Source: Candidatus Poribacteria bacterium
GTDB lineage: Bacteria > Poribacteria > WGA-4E > PCPOR2b
Length of the DNA stretch: 64,000 nt
Reading direction: 5' to 3'
Assembly (NCBI GenBank): GCA_965215015.1
Contig: OZ244042.1
Coordinates: forward strand, 224,001 to 288,000
The notes below the pieces were generated by a model, which did not search any database, was not told the origin of the DNA, and saw only the letters and a program-made list of their open reading frames with translations. How positions within the stretch are numbered: the stretch's first letter is position 1; every line of letters begins with the position of its first letter. A program made the position numbers and the translations under genes. Below, piece by piece: positions 1 through 11,019 of the stretch.

Positions 1-5
1 CTGGG

Positions 6-1772
6 GTGGCGTTGCTCATGCTTATTTCAACGCTGATTGCGCTCGTGCCTCCCTATTTTACGCGCATCCTTATTGACGATGTGTTGAAATTAAACGAGGA
101 CCTCGCAGCGGCGCAAGGTGCCGCCGAAACGGCGTTAGGGCGCATCTTCCGGTCATTTGAGACAGCGGCACTTGCGTTGATGATTGGCATCGGTTGTCTC
201 GTGACAGCACATATCCTCACCCATGTCCTCGACATTTTTCGGGGGCGTATGGCCGCGTGGTTGACCTTCCGGATGACAGCGGACATCCGTGACCAGATTT
301 ACGAACGACTGCATGGGCTCTCCCTTCGATTCTTCGATAAGCGCAAAACGGGGACTGTCATCTCCCATATCACAGAAGACAGTACACGCTTACAGTGGTT
401 CCTGTTAGATGGACTTCAATTCCTCGTTATCGATTTGTTAATGCTTTTTGGAATTGGTGCCTTTCTGTTTTCAATGAACTGGCGATTGGCATGCTTTATC
501 CTAATTCCAATTCCGTTGATTGTTATCGGGGCAAGATGGTTCTGGAAAAAGGTGCGCGGGCTCTGGCATCGGGCGTGGCGGCGCAGATCAAAGATGTACG
601 ACATTGTGAATGACTCGGTCTCGGGTATCCGCGTTGTTCGGGCATTTGGTCAGCAGAAGAGTGAGGTCGGACGGTTTTCCTTTACAAACGAAGACGCACG
701 GAATTACGACACGGTTGCCGAGAAGGTCTGGGCAACCTATTACCCGTTGCTAGGGTTTTCTGTTCAGTTAGGAACGCTGATCGTCTGGTATGCCGGTGGT
801 CTGCAGGTCATCACGGGTGATATGACATTAGGGACGTTGATGGCATTTCATAGTTTCTTGGCGATGTTCTACGGTCCGTTACGGCATCTGAGTCCAATGA
901 TTAATTGGGCGTCGCGAGCAATGACCGCGGCGGAGCGAATTTTTGAAGTCATTGATTCCGAGCCAGAGCAGTTAGCTAACAATAGGCTTGTCTCGAAATC
1001 GGAACTCAAGGGAGAGGTCAAATTTCACAATATGACCTTTGGCTACGATCCGCATAAACCTGTCCTCCGAGATATCAATCTCCACGTCAAGCAGGGCGAG
1101 ATGATTGGCTTAGTTGGGCATTCTGGGGCTGGGAAATCCACACTGATTAACCTCATCTGCCGGTTTTACACACCGGATTCAGGGAGTATCACCATTGATG
1201 ATGTAGATATAACCAACATTCGCCTTGAGGACCTGCGACAGCAGATTGGCGTTGTGCTCCAAGAGCCGTACCTTTTCAATGGAACGATTGCAGAGAACAT
1301 CGCCTACGCACAGCCGGGGGCGGGGATGGAGGCGATCATCGCCGCTGCAAAGGCTGCCAACGCCCATGAATTCATCGTGAAGTTTCCTGATGGATATGAC
1401 ACGGAGGTTGGTGAGCGGGGGGGTAGGTTGTCCGGCGGAGAACGACAGCGGATATCAATTGCACGGGCAATCTTACACAATCCGCGCATCCTGATTCTCG
1501 ATGAAGCGACGTCGTCGGTTGATGTTCAGACGGAGCGCAAAATCCAGCAGGCTATTGACCGACTTGTCCAGAACCGAACCACTTTTGCCATCGCCCATCG
1601 ATTATCGACGCTGCGGAATGCGGATCGCCTCTTCGTCATAGATAAGGGACGGGGGGTCGAATGTGGATCACATGAAGAGTTGATAAAGAAGAAGGGAATT
1701 TACTACAACCTCGTTGAAACACAACGTCAGGCTTCCGAGATTCGCTCAGAAGCACAGGTTGTCGAGAGATAA
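6..1772 (+). CDS. ABC exporter, fused permease/ATPase (probably 5'-truncated by window edge)
   Basis: N-terminal TM helices, Walker A GHSGAGKS, signature LSGGERQ, Walker B ILILDEAT, H-loop AHRLST; frame is open to the window start. Confidence 0.95.
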   Translation: MALLMLISTLIALVPPYFTRILIDDVLKLNEDLAAAQGAAETALGRIFRSFETAALALMIGIGCLVTAHILTHVLDIFRGRMAAWLTFRMTADIRDQIYERLHGLSLRFFDKRKTGTVISHITEDSTRLQWFLLDGLQFLVIDLLMLFGIGAFLFSMNWRLACFILIPIPLIVIGARWFWKKVRGLWHRAWRRRSKMYDIVNDSVSGIRVVRAFGQQKSEVGRFSFTNEDARNYDTVAEKVWATYYPLLGFSVQLGTLIVWYAGGLQVITGDMTLGTLMAFHSFLAMFYGPLRHLSPMINWASRAMTAAERIFEVIDSEPEQLANNRLVSKSELKGEVKFHNMTFGYDPHKPVLRDINLHVKQGEMIGLVGHSGAGKSTLINLICRFYTPDSGSITIDDVDITNIRLEDLRQQIGVVLQEPYLFNGTIAENIAYAQPGAGMEAIIAAAKAANAHEFIVKFPDGYDTEVGERGGRLSGGERQRISIARAILHNPRILILDEATSSVDVQTERKIQQAIDRLVQNRTTFAIAHRLSTLRNADRLFVIDKGRGVECGSHEELIKKKGIYYNLVETQRQASEIRSEAQVVER

Positions 1773-1774
1773 AT

Positions 1775-2350
1775 ATGAACATAGAGAACGAAAAAGTGTC
1801 TAAAAGTATCACCGCTTTGGAGTCCGGGCCTCCGCTCCCAGTCCCGCTTGAGGAAGATGATTTTACACCCCGATACTTGGATCCGGAGAAGATACGACTG
1901 TTTCGGTCGCCGATGGGTGCCCCCCGTTTGGAGATCCTGGAGGAGCTCTGCTACACTCGCGTGGCGGTCCGCCGCATACTCCCCCTGAGCAATCCCGATC
2001 ACTATATTTCGCTTGGGGTTGGGGAGGAAGTAGAAATTGGTATCATCGCAGACCCAACACAACTTGATTCCGAAAGCCTCAAAATCCTGCGTGAGGAGCT
2101 CGATAAGCGATACTTTACACCTATCATTCGGAAGATTCACCGCGTCAAGGAGCGATTCGGTATCCATGAATGGGAGGTAGAAACATCGCGCGGCCGTATC
2201 ACTTTCTCTGTGCAAGGGCTTCATCAAAACGTTAGACAGTTTCCACCTGCCCGACTGCTCGTAACAGATGTCCGTGGGAACCGGTACGATATTCCTGATT
2301 ATCACAAACTCGATTCGCACAGTTTTCATCAGATTCAGCGACATCTGTAG
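1775..2350 (+). CDS. DUF1854 family protein
   Basis: Motifs RRILPLSNPDHYIS, EELDKRYFTPII, WEVETSRG, TDVRGNRYDIPD; 2 nt after the ABC gene, a known pairing. Confidence 0.85.
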   Translation: MNIENEKVSKSITALESGPPLPVPLEEDDFTPRYLDPEKIRLFRSPMGAPRLEILEELCYTRVAVRRILPLSNPDHYISLGVGEEVEIGIIADPTQLDSESLKILREELDKRYFTPIIRKIHRVKERFGIHEWEVETSRGRITFSVQGLHQNVRQFPPARLLVTDVRGNRYDIPDYHKLDSHSFHQIQRHL

Positions 2351-2449
2351 GTTGAGGAAGGGGACTGGTAGCTTGACCGATCACAGTAACCTGAACGCCT
2401 ACATGGAACGCATTAACCGAAAGTTAGAATTGATTATGAGAGACGAGTT

Positions 2450-3005
2450 ATGGCTTGCTCTGTAGAATTGTCCAATTCATCAATAGCTTGGTTATAGATA
2501 ATTCCCGCTGCAGCCCGACGTCTCTTACGCTCTGTTTCTAGGACATCCCGCAATGCTTTTGCGTACTCTTCCATACCCAAGATATAATTATCTGACAGAT
2601 TTAATATAGGGCAATGAAGCCTCGTATCTGTCAGTCATTTAATTAGTACACCATCTTTATAACCTATTCAGGGAGGACATCATTTGACAAAGGGTTTCCT
2701 TCGAGGTCAAAATAACGAGGCTTCGGAACGGATTCAACTGTCAGTGGGATAAGTTGATATGGACGTCTGAGATAGTGGTACTGGAGCGGGGGTTCGTAAA
2801 TCTGTTGGAGGAAGTTATATTCACTTAAACTGTATGAAATTGCTGGGTCCATATGTTTGGGTTCCGCCGAGAAAGTAGTATAGTGGATTGGTTCCGTACG
2901 CTCTGATGCCGGATAGGGATGATTGGGAATACATCCCGTTACCCAAACAAGGAAGATAATGAGCCAAAGTCTGTCCGAGATGCGTTTTAATTCGTATCGT
3001 GTCAA
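2450..3005 (-). pseudogene. Remnant of a peptide ABC transporter substrate-binding lipoprotein
   Basis: Lipobox VTGC, then PKHMDPAISY..QIYEPPLQYHYLRRPYQLIP; TAG at 2664-2666, TAA shortly after; an internal piece (RLHCPIL..YILGMEEYAKAL) follows at ~2625-2470. Confidence 0.75.
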
Positions 3006-3332
3006 GAGGTTTTTCTATATTGCGTAAGTTTAAGTGCGTTCGGGGCTTATGAAGGGGTTTGATTTGTTGATAGGACAGAATGTTTGCGCTTCGTTGGTTT
3101 TGTGAATTTCATTAGTTGGTGATGGATGAAATGCTAGGGTTGTTTAGTTGATCCTACCGTGTACTAAGGGTATTTAATTTTCCATTTTGGGGCATGTCCT
3201 GCTATTCATACGGTACACCAATCGGGGTGCCTTCATTGCACGGGCTAACCCCACCCGATAGATGCTTGCATCCGATTTATCGGGGCGGAATCTCCTCGGT
3301 CATGGGATCCTCTCAGACTTGCCACACAGTTT

Positions 3333-3355
3333 GTAGTAGCGCAATTGATTGCGCG
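3333..3355 (+). repeat. GTAG-type REP-like palindrome
   Basis: GTAGTA-GCGCAAT-TG-ATTGCGC-G; near-identical copy at 35603-35625; relatives at 54540 and 54611. Confidence 0.7.
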
Positions 3356-3429
3356 TTCTTATGCTAGTTGGCGCGGATATTCTTTATTCGTGTTATCCAT
3401 GAGTCAGATTATTTTTGAATCTTCCAATA

Positions 3430-3844
3430 GGTTAGGATTCTTGGAACGGAGGCGAAAATCGGAGATGATTCCCGCAATTGAAGTGCGTCAGTCCTACATA
3501 ATATTTATATGCGATTGCTCTCGAATTTACCATAACTCCCTTGCATCTCACCAGATACTGGGATATAATAAAAAAACGACGACACCCATACTACTGGCTT
3601 GTCATCATACTCTACCTTGCCCTTCAACATTTACATCCACTGTCGGTTGAAAACTCTCCCAATAGACAGGGATTTGCCAAGCCCACTCCTTTTTCTGTTG
3701 GCATAGCGTTAGCGTTACCAGAGCCATACGCATGAGCACTGCTCACTCAAATACTATCTCTGCTTCAGGTCGGAAGCTATTGTTCATGGAGTATCGGGTC
3801 AGGGTAATAAGTTATCCAATCTTTTTATTGAAACTAAGACTCAT
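3430..3844 (-). pseudogene. Heavily decayed peptide deformylase-like gene
   Basis: Minus-strand fragments ITYYPDPIL and MPTEKGVGLA resemble deformylase YPDPxL and GxGLAAxQ motifs; several stops/frameshifts; ATG at 3844; 3' limit approximate. Confidence 0.5.
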
Positions 3845-3864
3845 TATCAATTTCCCTATATGAT

Positions 3865-3893
3865 ACTATAAACCAATATTATTCCTTTGTCAA
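3865..3893 (-). promoter_or_regulatory. sigma70-type promoter
   Basis: TTGACA-17nt-TATAGT, ~20 nt upstream of the ATG at 3844. Confidence 0.6.
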
Positions 3894-4267
3894 GTTTTTT
3901 AACTGAAATTGTTATCTAAACAGTTATTTACCCCTAGAGGTGGGTTGATTCGCTACTTCTATACACGTATCTCCCTATTCCTATGCTGGGGCGAGTATTC
4001 AAAGCATTATGGCGAAAGTTGGAACGGGCTAGGGAACCTGTGTTATCAACTATCGAAGAAAACAAGAAACTTGACCAACTAAAATATTTAACAACGCTGG
4101 GTTAGACTAGAGAAAGCCGCATTTGTCCGAAAGGTAGCTTATTGGTGGGCTCCGTAACATAAAATATAATCCCTAGTGTAGTGCTAGATTCAACCCACTG
4201 GACATCCTTTCAAACTCATAAATTCCTGATACATCCTCGGCGTATTTTTGCGGTTGACAGTTTATAT

Positions 4268-4283
4268 TGGCACAAATTGTGCT
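4268..4283 (+). promoter_or_regulatory. sigma54 (-24/-12) promoter
   Basis: TGGCAC-AAATT-GTGCT, GG-N10-GC spacing, ~45 nt upstream of ATG 4330. Confidence 0.65.
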
Positions 4284-4329
4284 TACCTTAAAAACCGTAT
4301 TTTTAGATTTGATCTTCCCGGGGGATACC

Positions 4330-6651
4330 ATGAAACGCTTAGTTTCACTGCTTCCAATCTTTTTCGCTCTACTTTTTTGTGTAAACAGTTACGCTGAATT
4401 CTCCAGCCAATTTTTGTTCGGACACACCGGCCGTGCCCTTGCGGTTGCCTTTAGCCTCAATGGAAGGTGGCTCGCATCCGGTGGGGCGAATGAAATTCTT
4501 GTCTGGGAGACCGATTTCAATGAACTGATGTACACCCTCACTGGACACACAGGAAAAATCCAAGCCCTCGCTTTTCGCCCCAACGGTGATTTAGCATCAG
4601 CCTCCATTGATGGGACAGTCCGATTGTGGAATGTACCGACACAACAAGAAATTCGTACGTTCGAGGGACACATTGGACAAGTTACGTCTGTGGATTTTAA
4701 TCCCGACGGAAGCCACATTATTTCTGGATCGCGAGATCGGACGCTTAAGTTGTGGGAAGTCGACACCGGTGAACTTCTAGCGACCCTTGAGGGGCATACA
4801 GACGTTGTTTGGTCAGTTGTGTTCAGCCCAGATGGCAGCCTAATCGCCTCTGGATCAGAAGACGGTACAGTTCGCCTTTGGGATGCCTCAGACGGCTCGC
4901 AACTTCATAGCTTGGGTGGGCATACGCAGGGGGTACTGTCAGTTACGTTCCAGCCCAATGGCACCCTCATTGCGTCAGGGGCTAGGGATGGAACTGTCCA
5001 ACTCTGGAACATCGATTCAGCAGATCCCAGCGAAGTGATTGGAGAGGCAGAGCTGTTCGCGACCTATGACAGCCAAGTTATGTCAGTTCGTTTTAATCCT
5101 GACGGACGAATCCTCGCTGCCGGTCTGCTAAATTCTCCAACTGACAACACCCTTAAACTGTGGGATGTCTTTACCCGCTCTGAACTCCAATCTTTCGATA
5201 CACAAATCATACACGATTTGTCTTTCAGTCCAACTCGCCCCCAACTCGCAGTCGCAGGGGCAGCCGAGGGAACAATCACTATTTGGAATTCAAGCCATCT
5301 AAGACCGGTGCTCCTTGAACCACAAGGAGGTCAGCTCGTCAAACCTTCGGAAATCAACTTGAAATGGGAAGCCGTTGAAAATGCAGTCTACTATGATGTC
5401 CAAATCTCTAGGGATTCAAACTTTATCAGAGCAAACACGGAGTCTCTGACTGTTACTGTTAACGAGTTGGGCTTAGAGGCTAAGAACAATATCTCCCACT
5501 ATTGGTGGCGTGTTCGTACCGGCAGCTTCGGTAGAGTCAGCGATTGGTCCGATGCCCAGGATTTTCGAGTCCTAGGGTGCGTGGTCAAGATAGTACCACC
5601 GGCTCGACGGATCAACTTAGGAGAGGAGTTTACTGTCGATGTTCTCGTTGAGTCTGTCACTGACTTGGGAGGGTTTCAGTTCGATCTACGATGGACCAAT
5701 CCTGAGGTGCTAACATTTGTAACTGTCACCGAGTTCCGAACTATTTTTGGAGAATCTGGAATTGGGCATCAACCGCTAGAGCCGCCAGACCAGATAAATG
5801 GGATATACAAAGATATCGTTGCTGCTAAAACTGGGGATAGCGGAGTAACTCGTAGCGGTATCATGTTAGGGGCCTCATTTCGGGCGAAAGCCGTTGGATT
5901 GAGCAAGATTGAATTACAAAATCTCATTCTTCTTGATTCAAATCAAGAGCAGATCGATTGTGAAATTCACGAGTTCAAGGTAATGGTCGAAGAACTCGTT
6001 CGGCCTTGGGATGTCAACATTGACGGGGTTGTGAACGTTTTTGATCTCACCACTGTTGTCCAATACTTAGGGAAGCCAATTCCGACAGATTTGGATATTT
6101 ATCCAGATGTCAATAGGGACAATGTTATCGATCTTAATGATGTTAGACTGGTCAGTTCGCATTTTGGCGAATCTTATCAGACTGATGAAACCGCCGCTGC
6201 TCCGCAAGCCGCCGGTGAATCCCTCGGCTTAATCTCACCAACAGTACGCAGGCAGCTTGAGTTAATTTACCGCGAACTCCTGTTAATGCCTGAAAATTCC
6301 CCTGGGTTTACGCGGACTAGACAGGTTTTGCAATATCTCCTTTTTCCATCGCTACCGACGCATAATCTGTTGCTGCAAAACTATCCTAACCCATTCAACC
6401 CAGAGACGTGGATCCCCTTCTACCTCGCTTCAGCGGGTCAGGTCACTATCGAAATTTACGATGCCGTAGGGACGCTCGTCCGTCAGATTGACTTGGGATA
6501 CTTGATGCCCGGACGTTATCTACATCGAGGAAATGCAGCGTATTGGGATGGGACAAATATATATGGTGAGACTGTCGCCGGTGGAATCTATTTCTACACA
6601 CTCTCCACACCGTCCTTCCATGCAACCCGGAAAATGATTATCAGCAAGTAG
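4330..6651 (+). CDS. Secreted WD40-repeat protein with FN3-like, cohesin-like, dockerin-like and T9SS/FlgD-type C-terminal domains
   Basis: Signal peptide MKRLVSLL..NSYA; ~7 GH...WD repeats; cohesin-like DLGGFQFDLRW; dockerin-like WDVNIDGVVNVFDL/PDVNRDNVIDLND; LLQNYPNPFNPETWIP. Start moved from 4267 to ATG 4330. Confidence 0.9.
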   Translation: MKRLVSLLPIFFALLFCVNSYAEFSSQFLFGHTGRALAVAFSLNGRWLASGGANEILVWETDFNELMYTLTGHTGKIQALAFRPNGDLASASIDGTVRLWNVPTQQEIRTFEGHIGQVTSVDFNPDGSHIISGSRDRTLKLWEVDTGELLATLEGHTDVVWSVVFSPDGSLIASGSEDGTVRLWDASDGSQLHSLGGHTQGVLSVTFQPNGTLIASGARDGTVQLWNIDSADPSEVIGEAELFATYDSQVMSVRFNPDGRILAAGLLNSPTDNTLKLWDVFTRSELQSFDTQIIHDLSFSPTRPQLAVAGAAEGTITIWNSSHLRPVLLEPQGGQLVKPSEINLKWEAVENAVYYDVQISRDSNFIRANTESLTVTVNELGLEAKNNISHYWWRVRTGSFGRVSDWSDAQDFRVLGCVVKIVPPARRINLGEEFTVDVLVESVTDLGGFQFDLRWTNPEVLTFVTVTEFRTIFGESGIGHQPLEPPDQINGIYKDIVAAKTGDSGVTRSGIMLGASFRAKAVGLSKIELQNLILLDSNQEQIDCEIHEFKVMVEELVRPWDVNIDGVVNVFDLTTVVQYLGKPIPTDLDIYPDVNRDNVIDLNDVRLVSSHFGESYQTDETAAAPQAAGESLGLISPTVRRQLELIYRELLLMPENSPGFTRTRQVLQYLLFPSLPTHNLLLQNYPNPFNPETWIPFYLASAGQVTIEIYDAVGTLVRQIDLGYLMPGRYLHRGNAAYWDGTNIYGETVAGGIYFYTLSTPSFHATRKMIISK

Positions 6652-6669
6652 GAGAGACATAGCATCGCA

Positions 6670-7053
6670 ATGCAAAATAGGTCTCGCTCTCTATTATTTG
6701 CAAAGCAATATCTGGGTAAGGAGGTGTCGATTGTCATTGCCAGACCTCTTGATAGTAAGCACCCTAAACACGGTTTTGTCTATGAGGTCAATTACGGCTA
6801 TGTTCCCGGAACGCAATCCGCTGATGGCGAAGAGTTGGAGGCATACTATTTAAAAGTGAGCCGACCTCTATACGCAGCGAAAGGCAGATGTATTGCTATT
6901 ATCCACAGGTTGAACGCCGACGATGATAAGCGAGTTGTTGTACCTAAAACTCAGACGGATCTAACGAACAGCGAAATTGCCCAAGCAGTCAACTGTCAAG
7001 AACAGTGGTTTGATTATGAAATTCTTTGGGCTCGCGCTACAAGCTGCTGTTGA
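6670..7053 (+). CDS. Short family I inorganic pyrophosphatase-like protein, possibly degenerate
   Basis: RPLDSKHP..YEVNYGYVPGT..DGEELEAY..DDDK; several normally conserved Asp/Gly positions appear substituted. Confidence 0.7.
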   Translation: MQNRSRSLLFAKQYLGKEVSIVIARPLDSKHPKHGFVYEVNYGYVPGTQSADGEELEAYYLKVSRPLYAAKGRCIAIIHRLNADDDKRVVVPKTQTDLTNSEIAQAVNCQEQWFDYEILWARATSCC

Positions 7054-7109
7054 CCAGGACAACAAATGCTGACAACGCAATCAGCGTTGTTAGTTTGGAC
7101 ATCTACACA

Positions 7110-10100
7110 ATGAGCGCATTTCTCTATTTTTTTCGATCTCCTCATCTACACATCGTCTTATTTCCCAAATATAGTTTTCGCCTCCCGTTTCATCTTTTAT
7201 TTTTTTCGCTTTTCCTGGTTCTTTCCTTTCTGGTGTCTAACACCACAGTTGCCCAGCAAAACTTCCAATGGCGAAATTTCACACGAATCGGTGATGAGCT
7301 AATCAGCAACAACATCAGAACTATTACTGAAGATCGATTGGGACAAATCTGGTTGGGGACAGACAAGGGATTGAACCGTTTGGACGGCTTCTGGCATGAA
7401 GCCGGCAGGTCGAGCGGGGGCCCCCAAGGGGTTGATGTTTTCAAGGTTTTTGAAGACCTCGCAGGCTTCATCTGGGTTGCAACGGAGGCAGGGGTTTATC
7501 AAGGAGTATGGAACCTGTCGCGTGGGCAGGTTGACTGGCTGCAATACTATAACCAACAAACGGGATTGATTGGTATCGGTGGGCGTGTTGTGACGATGAT
7601 CCAACGTCGAAATGGGGAAATCTGGATTGGGACGCCGCTTGGGGTCAACCGGTTTGATGGCGTAGTTTGGAGCACTGTGGCTGGCGCGGAGGTTGGACAA
7701 CTTAATCAAGGCGTACAGGTTATCTATGAGGATAAGGCTGGGGCTCTCTGGTTTGGACTTTCACAGAGCAATCGCCTCCACAGTGGGAATCTTATCAGTC
7801 GCTTTAATAACGTAGGGTGGGAAATTTTTAGCGTGAACGATGGTTTACCGAATGGCGATGTGCAGACAATTTTGGAGGACAGTCTTGGCAATCTTTGGGT
7901 TGGTACAACCGCTGGTGTAGCGGTTTACGACGGTTCAACTTGGCATGTTGTAACAGCGCAGGATGGACTTCTAATCGGAAGCAATGTGCAATCGATAATG
8001 AGCGATCAGGAGGGTACACTCTGGATTGGGACCACCGCCGGTATCAGCCAATTTCGTCTGCCGGCACAATTTTCTACCGCGGCACTCCGCGATTTAGGGC
8101 GTTGGCGTCATCTGACACGAGCAAATGGTTTAGCAAGTAACAATATTCAAGCCTTGTTTGAAACGCGAACCGGCGAGATCTGGATTGGGACACGCGATAA
8201 TGGAGTCAATTTTTCAGATCAATCATGGAAGTCAGTCACTACAAATAACGGATTGAGTCACGACAGTGTAACAGCAATGCTGAAGGACCGGCAGGGTAGG
8301 CTTTGGGTCGGAACACGGAATGGATTGAGTCGCTATACACAAAATGGAGTTGAGTTAATCGACAGGGCTCTGGGAAATGAGATTCGCACATTGGCAGAAG
8401 ATTTTCAGGGGCGAATCTGGGTTGGTACGAACGCCGGCATTGGTGTTTTCAATGGGGGGGCATGGGAAGTTTTTCGGATCCCAGATATTAACGTCAATAG
8501 TGTTCAATCAATTGTTGTTGATTCAACTGGCAATATTTGGGCTGGAACGGGGTTTTTGCCGACAGATGACCTCCCCGGTTTAGACCGTTATGACGGGCAA
8601 CAGTGGGAAAGGAATCAACTTCTGGAGATTGGCCGAACAATCGTTGTTATGTTTGCAGACTCGCAAGAGCGGATCTACTTCGGCACCGTTGGCAACGAAG
8701 AGGGTGGTAGTGATCTGTGGGTTTATGACAGGTTAAATGTGAACCGACGAATCTACAGTTTGCCTGAACCCTTCTCGATTCACACAATTTTAGAAATGCC
8801 TAGCGGAGAAATCTGGGTTGGAACAGATACCGGTATTCAGATTTTTGACAGACAAACGTTGAATCTTACGGCTTCACTAACAACCACCGATGGATTGGTG
8901 GATAACCGCGTGCAGGTACTTTACCGAGATCAAGACAATCGGATCTGGATCGGCACCGCAGATGGTGTTAGTTTGTTCCGAAATGACCGGTTTGAACGGA
9001 TACTCACTGCAAGCGATGGGCTCAACAGCAACAACATTTCTGCAATTGCTGAAGTAGATGGGGTGTTCTGGTTTGGCAGTGGGGATAATGGTGGGGTAAG
9101 CATATTCAGCCCGGAGAAGGCTCCGCCTCGTACACGGATTACTGATGGACCGAAAAATGGGGAAATAGTCGGGGTTACAAGCCTTGTCTTTAAGTTTGAA
9201 GGCGGTGATGCCAGCACGCCAACTGGGGAACTGCGTTATTTCTACACGCTTGATGACGGACCGCTCATCCCCACCGACGACCAGGGTCGTGATAAGCGCG
9301 CGGTATTGTCAGGCCTCACAGAGGGGCCACATCGCTTTACGGTATATGCCATTGATAGAGAAGATAACAGGGATATGACAGGGGCAAGCGCGGAATTTGT
9401 GGTTGACTCCCTTGCTCCAAACGTGAGTATCACCGCGCCAAAAGAAAACGCTGTGATTGGCGGCGTTTATGAAATCAGAGGCACTGCGACTGATGCAACG
9501 GATTTTCTGGATTATCAGATTCGCATCTTTCCCGGTGATTCAGTTTCGGATGCGGATATATCCCTGCTCTCTTTCGTTTCAACAGTGCCCATCAGAGGAG
9601 ACATACTTTATCGTTGGGATACACGAACGGTCCCCGCCGGTTTATACACGATTCAGTTGGTGGCGAGGGATACTCCAACTGGTAGTTACGATAGGGAACA
9701 TCCTGCTGTTACATCGGTCACGGTTGAAGTTGATAGGCGCCGTCCGCAAGTCGAAATCCTTTCTCCCACTGAGAACGAACAGGTGCCACAGAGTATTGAG
9801 ATCCGCGGCACCGCAGATGATCGAAATTTCAAGGAATATATTATTGAATATGGGGCGGGGGAATCTCCTGATACTTGGTTACCCATCTCCAAACCTCCGA
9901 CCTTTTCAAGTCCTGTTACCCGCGATATATTGGCGCTATGGGAAGCACCAAACTTATCGGGGCGATACACATTGCAGTTGATTGTGGAAGATACAGCGGG
10001 ACATAGAGAAGTTGATCAAGTCCATATATTCTTCAATCTGAGTGTGAATCGTGAAACTGGAGGCATGGTGAAGAGCCATGACAATCGCGCGAAAATCATC

Positions 10101-10739
10101 TTGCCGCCCAACAGTTTGCCACAGACAACCATCGTGACAGTAAATCCGTCAGCGGCGGAGGAATCAGTGTCCCCTATTCCGTTTCAGGCTTACGATTTTG
10201 CGCCTGAAGATCTGCGGATGCACCGGCTGAAGCCGGCAACCCTTGAATTCTCCATCGAAGATGTGCAAATAATATCCTCGCAATCTAAAATGGAAGAAAC
10301 CTTGACAATCGCCCGCTGGAATGGCAAAACATGGATCCCTATTGGCGGGACAGTTGATGCACAGGGCAGAACCATCTCAACAGGAGTTTCGATGCTCGGA
10401 CGGTACGCTATCACAACAGTACCTGATGTAACAACGGCGCAAAACACAATCATCTCCAATCTAACATGCCAGCCGCGCGTATTCTCACCTAGCCGGGGAT
10501 CGACGTGGATTTCGTTTCGGTTAAATCGTCCTGATGACATAACCATTAAAATCTATAATGAAGCCGGACGATTGCAACGGTTACTAAGAGAATCAGAACC
10601 CTTATCAATTGGTGGACATGTTTTCGAGTGGGATGGGCGTGATGATGAGAATCAACGGGTTGTTAGCAATTTTTACATTGTTACCGTTGAGGGGGAGGGA
10701 GCGTTGGGGACGAAAGTCGTTGTGGTACAGAATAACTGA
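7110..10739 (+). CDS. Secreted two-component-regulator-propeller repeat protein with Ig-like and FlgD-like C-terminal domains
   Basis: Many 'I.ED..G.IWIGT..G' repeats, Ig-like repeats, C-terminal FSP..IKIYNEAGRL..WDGRD; hydrophobic N-terminus ending TVA-Q; no kinase domain. Confidence 0.9.
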   Translation: MSAFLYFFRSPHLHIVLFPKYSFRLPFHLLFFSLFLVLSFLVSNTTVAQQNFQWRNFTRIGDELISNNIRTITEDRLGQIWLGTDKGLNRLDGFWHEAGRSSGGPQGVDVFKVFEDLAGFIWVATEAGVYQGVWNLSRGQVDWLQYYNQQTGLIGIGGRVVTMIQRRNGEIWIGTPLGVNRFDGVVWSTVAGAEVGQLNQGVQVIYEDKAGALWFGLSQSNRLHSGNLISRFNNVGWEIFSVNDGLPNGDVQTILEDSLGNLWVGTTAGVAVYDGSTWHVVTAQDGLLIGSNVQSIMSDQEGTLWIGTTAGISQFRLPAQFSTAALRDLGRWRHLTRANGLASNNIQALFETRTGEIWIGTRDNGVNFSDQSWKSVTTNNGLSHDSVTAMLKDRQGRLWVGTRNGLSRYTQNGVELIDRALGNEIRTLAEDFQGRIWVGTNAGIGVFNGGAWEVFRIPDINVNSVQSIVVDSTGNIWAGTGFLPTDDLPGLDRYDGQQWERNQLLEIGRTIVVMFADSQERIYFGTVGNEEGGSDLWVYDRLNVNRRIYSLPEPFSIHTILEMPSGEIWVGTDTGIQIFDRQTLNLTASLTTTDGLVDNRVQVLYRDQDNRIWIGTADGVSLFRNDRFERILTASDGLNSNNISAIAEVDGVFWFGSGDNGGVSIFSPEKAPPRTRITDGPKNGEIVGVTSLVFKFEGGDASTPTGELRYFYTLDDGPLIPTDDQGRDKRAVLSGLTEGPHRFTVYAIDREDNRDMTGASAEFVVDSLAPNVSITAPKENAVIGGVYEIRGTATDATDFLDYQIRIFPGDSVSDADISLLSFVSTVPIRGDILYRWDTRTVPAGLYTIQLVARDTPTGSYDREHPAVTSVTVEVDRRRPQVEILSPTENEQVPQSIEIRGTADDRNFKEYIIEYGAGESPDTWLPISKPPTFSSPVTRDILALWEAPNLSGRYTLQLIVEDTAGHREVDQVHIFFNLSVNRETGGMVKSHDNRAKIILPPNSLPQTTIVTVNPSAAEESVSPIPFQAYDFAPEDLRMHRLKPATLEFSIEDVQIISSQSKMEETLTIARWNGKTWIPIGGTVDAQGRTISTGVSMLGRYAITTVPDVTTAQNTIISNLTCQPRVFSPSRGSTWISFRLNRPDDITIKIYNEAGRLQRLLRESEPLSIGGHVFEWDGRDDENQRVVSNFYIVTVEGEGALGTKVVVVQNN

Positions 10740-11019
10740 GGAATGAGGCGTGAAGCGTAACGTGAGGAGCAAGATTCTAGAAGCCAGACAAACGGCTAAA
10801 GCGGTTAGAAATTATCAAGGGTTGTTTGCCGTTTTGCACATGAACTGTAGCTTTAGCATTTTTTCTATCCTTTGCGAATCTTTAATGGTAAAATTATAGA
10901 ATCAAAGTTCCCCTGTCAAAACCTCTTAAAGAATCTTAAGTCTCAATGATATGGATTACCGGATATGGATTACCGAAACAGTCTTGACAAAATTGAGTGT
11001 ACTTCGCATAGGATTCGGA

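Noticed and set aside
2640-2670. Possible recoding (pyrrolysine or readthrough) at the TAG ending the 113-aa ORF
   Set aside because: Followed by TAA and a deleted or shifted continuation; ordinary pseudogene decay.
3345-3735. Plus-strand ORFs 3345-3650 and 3541-3735
   Set aside because: No motifs or RBS; better explained as the antisense of the def-like relic.
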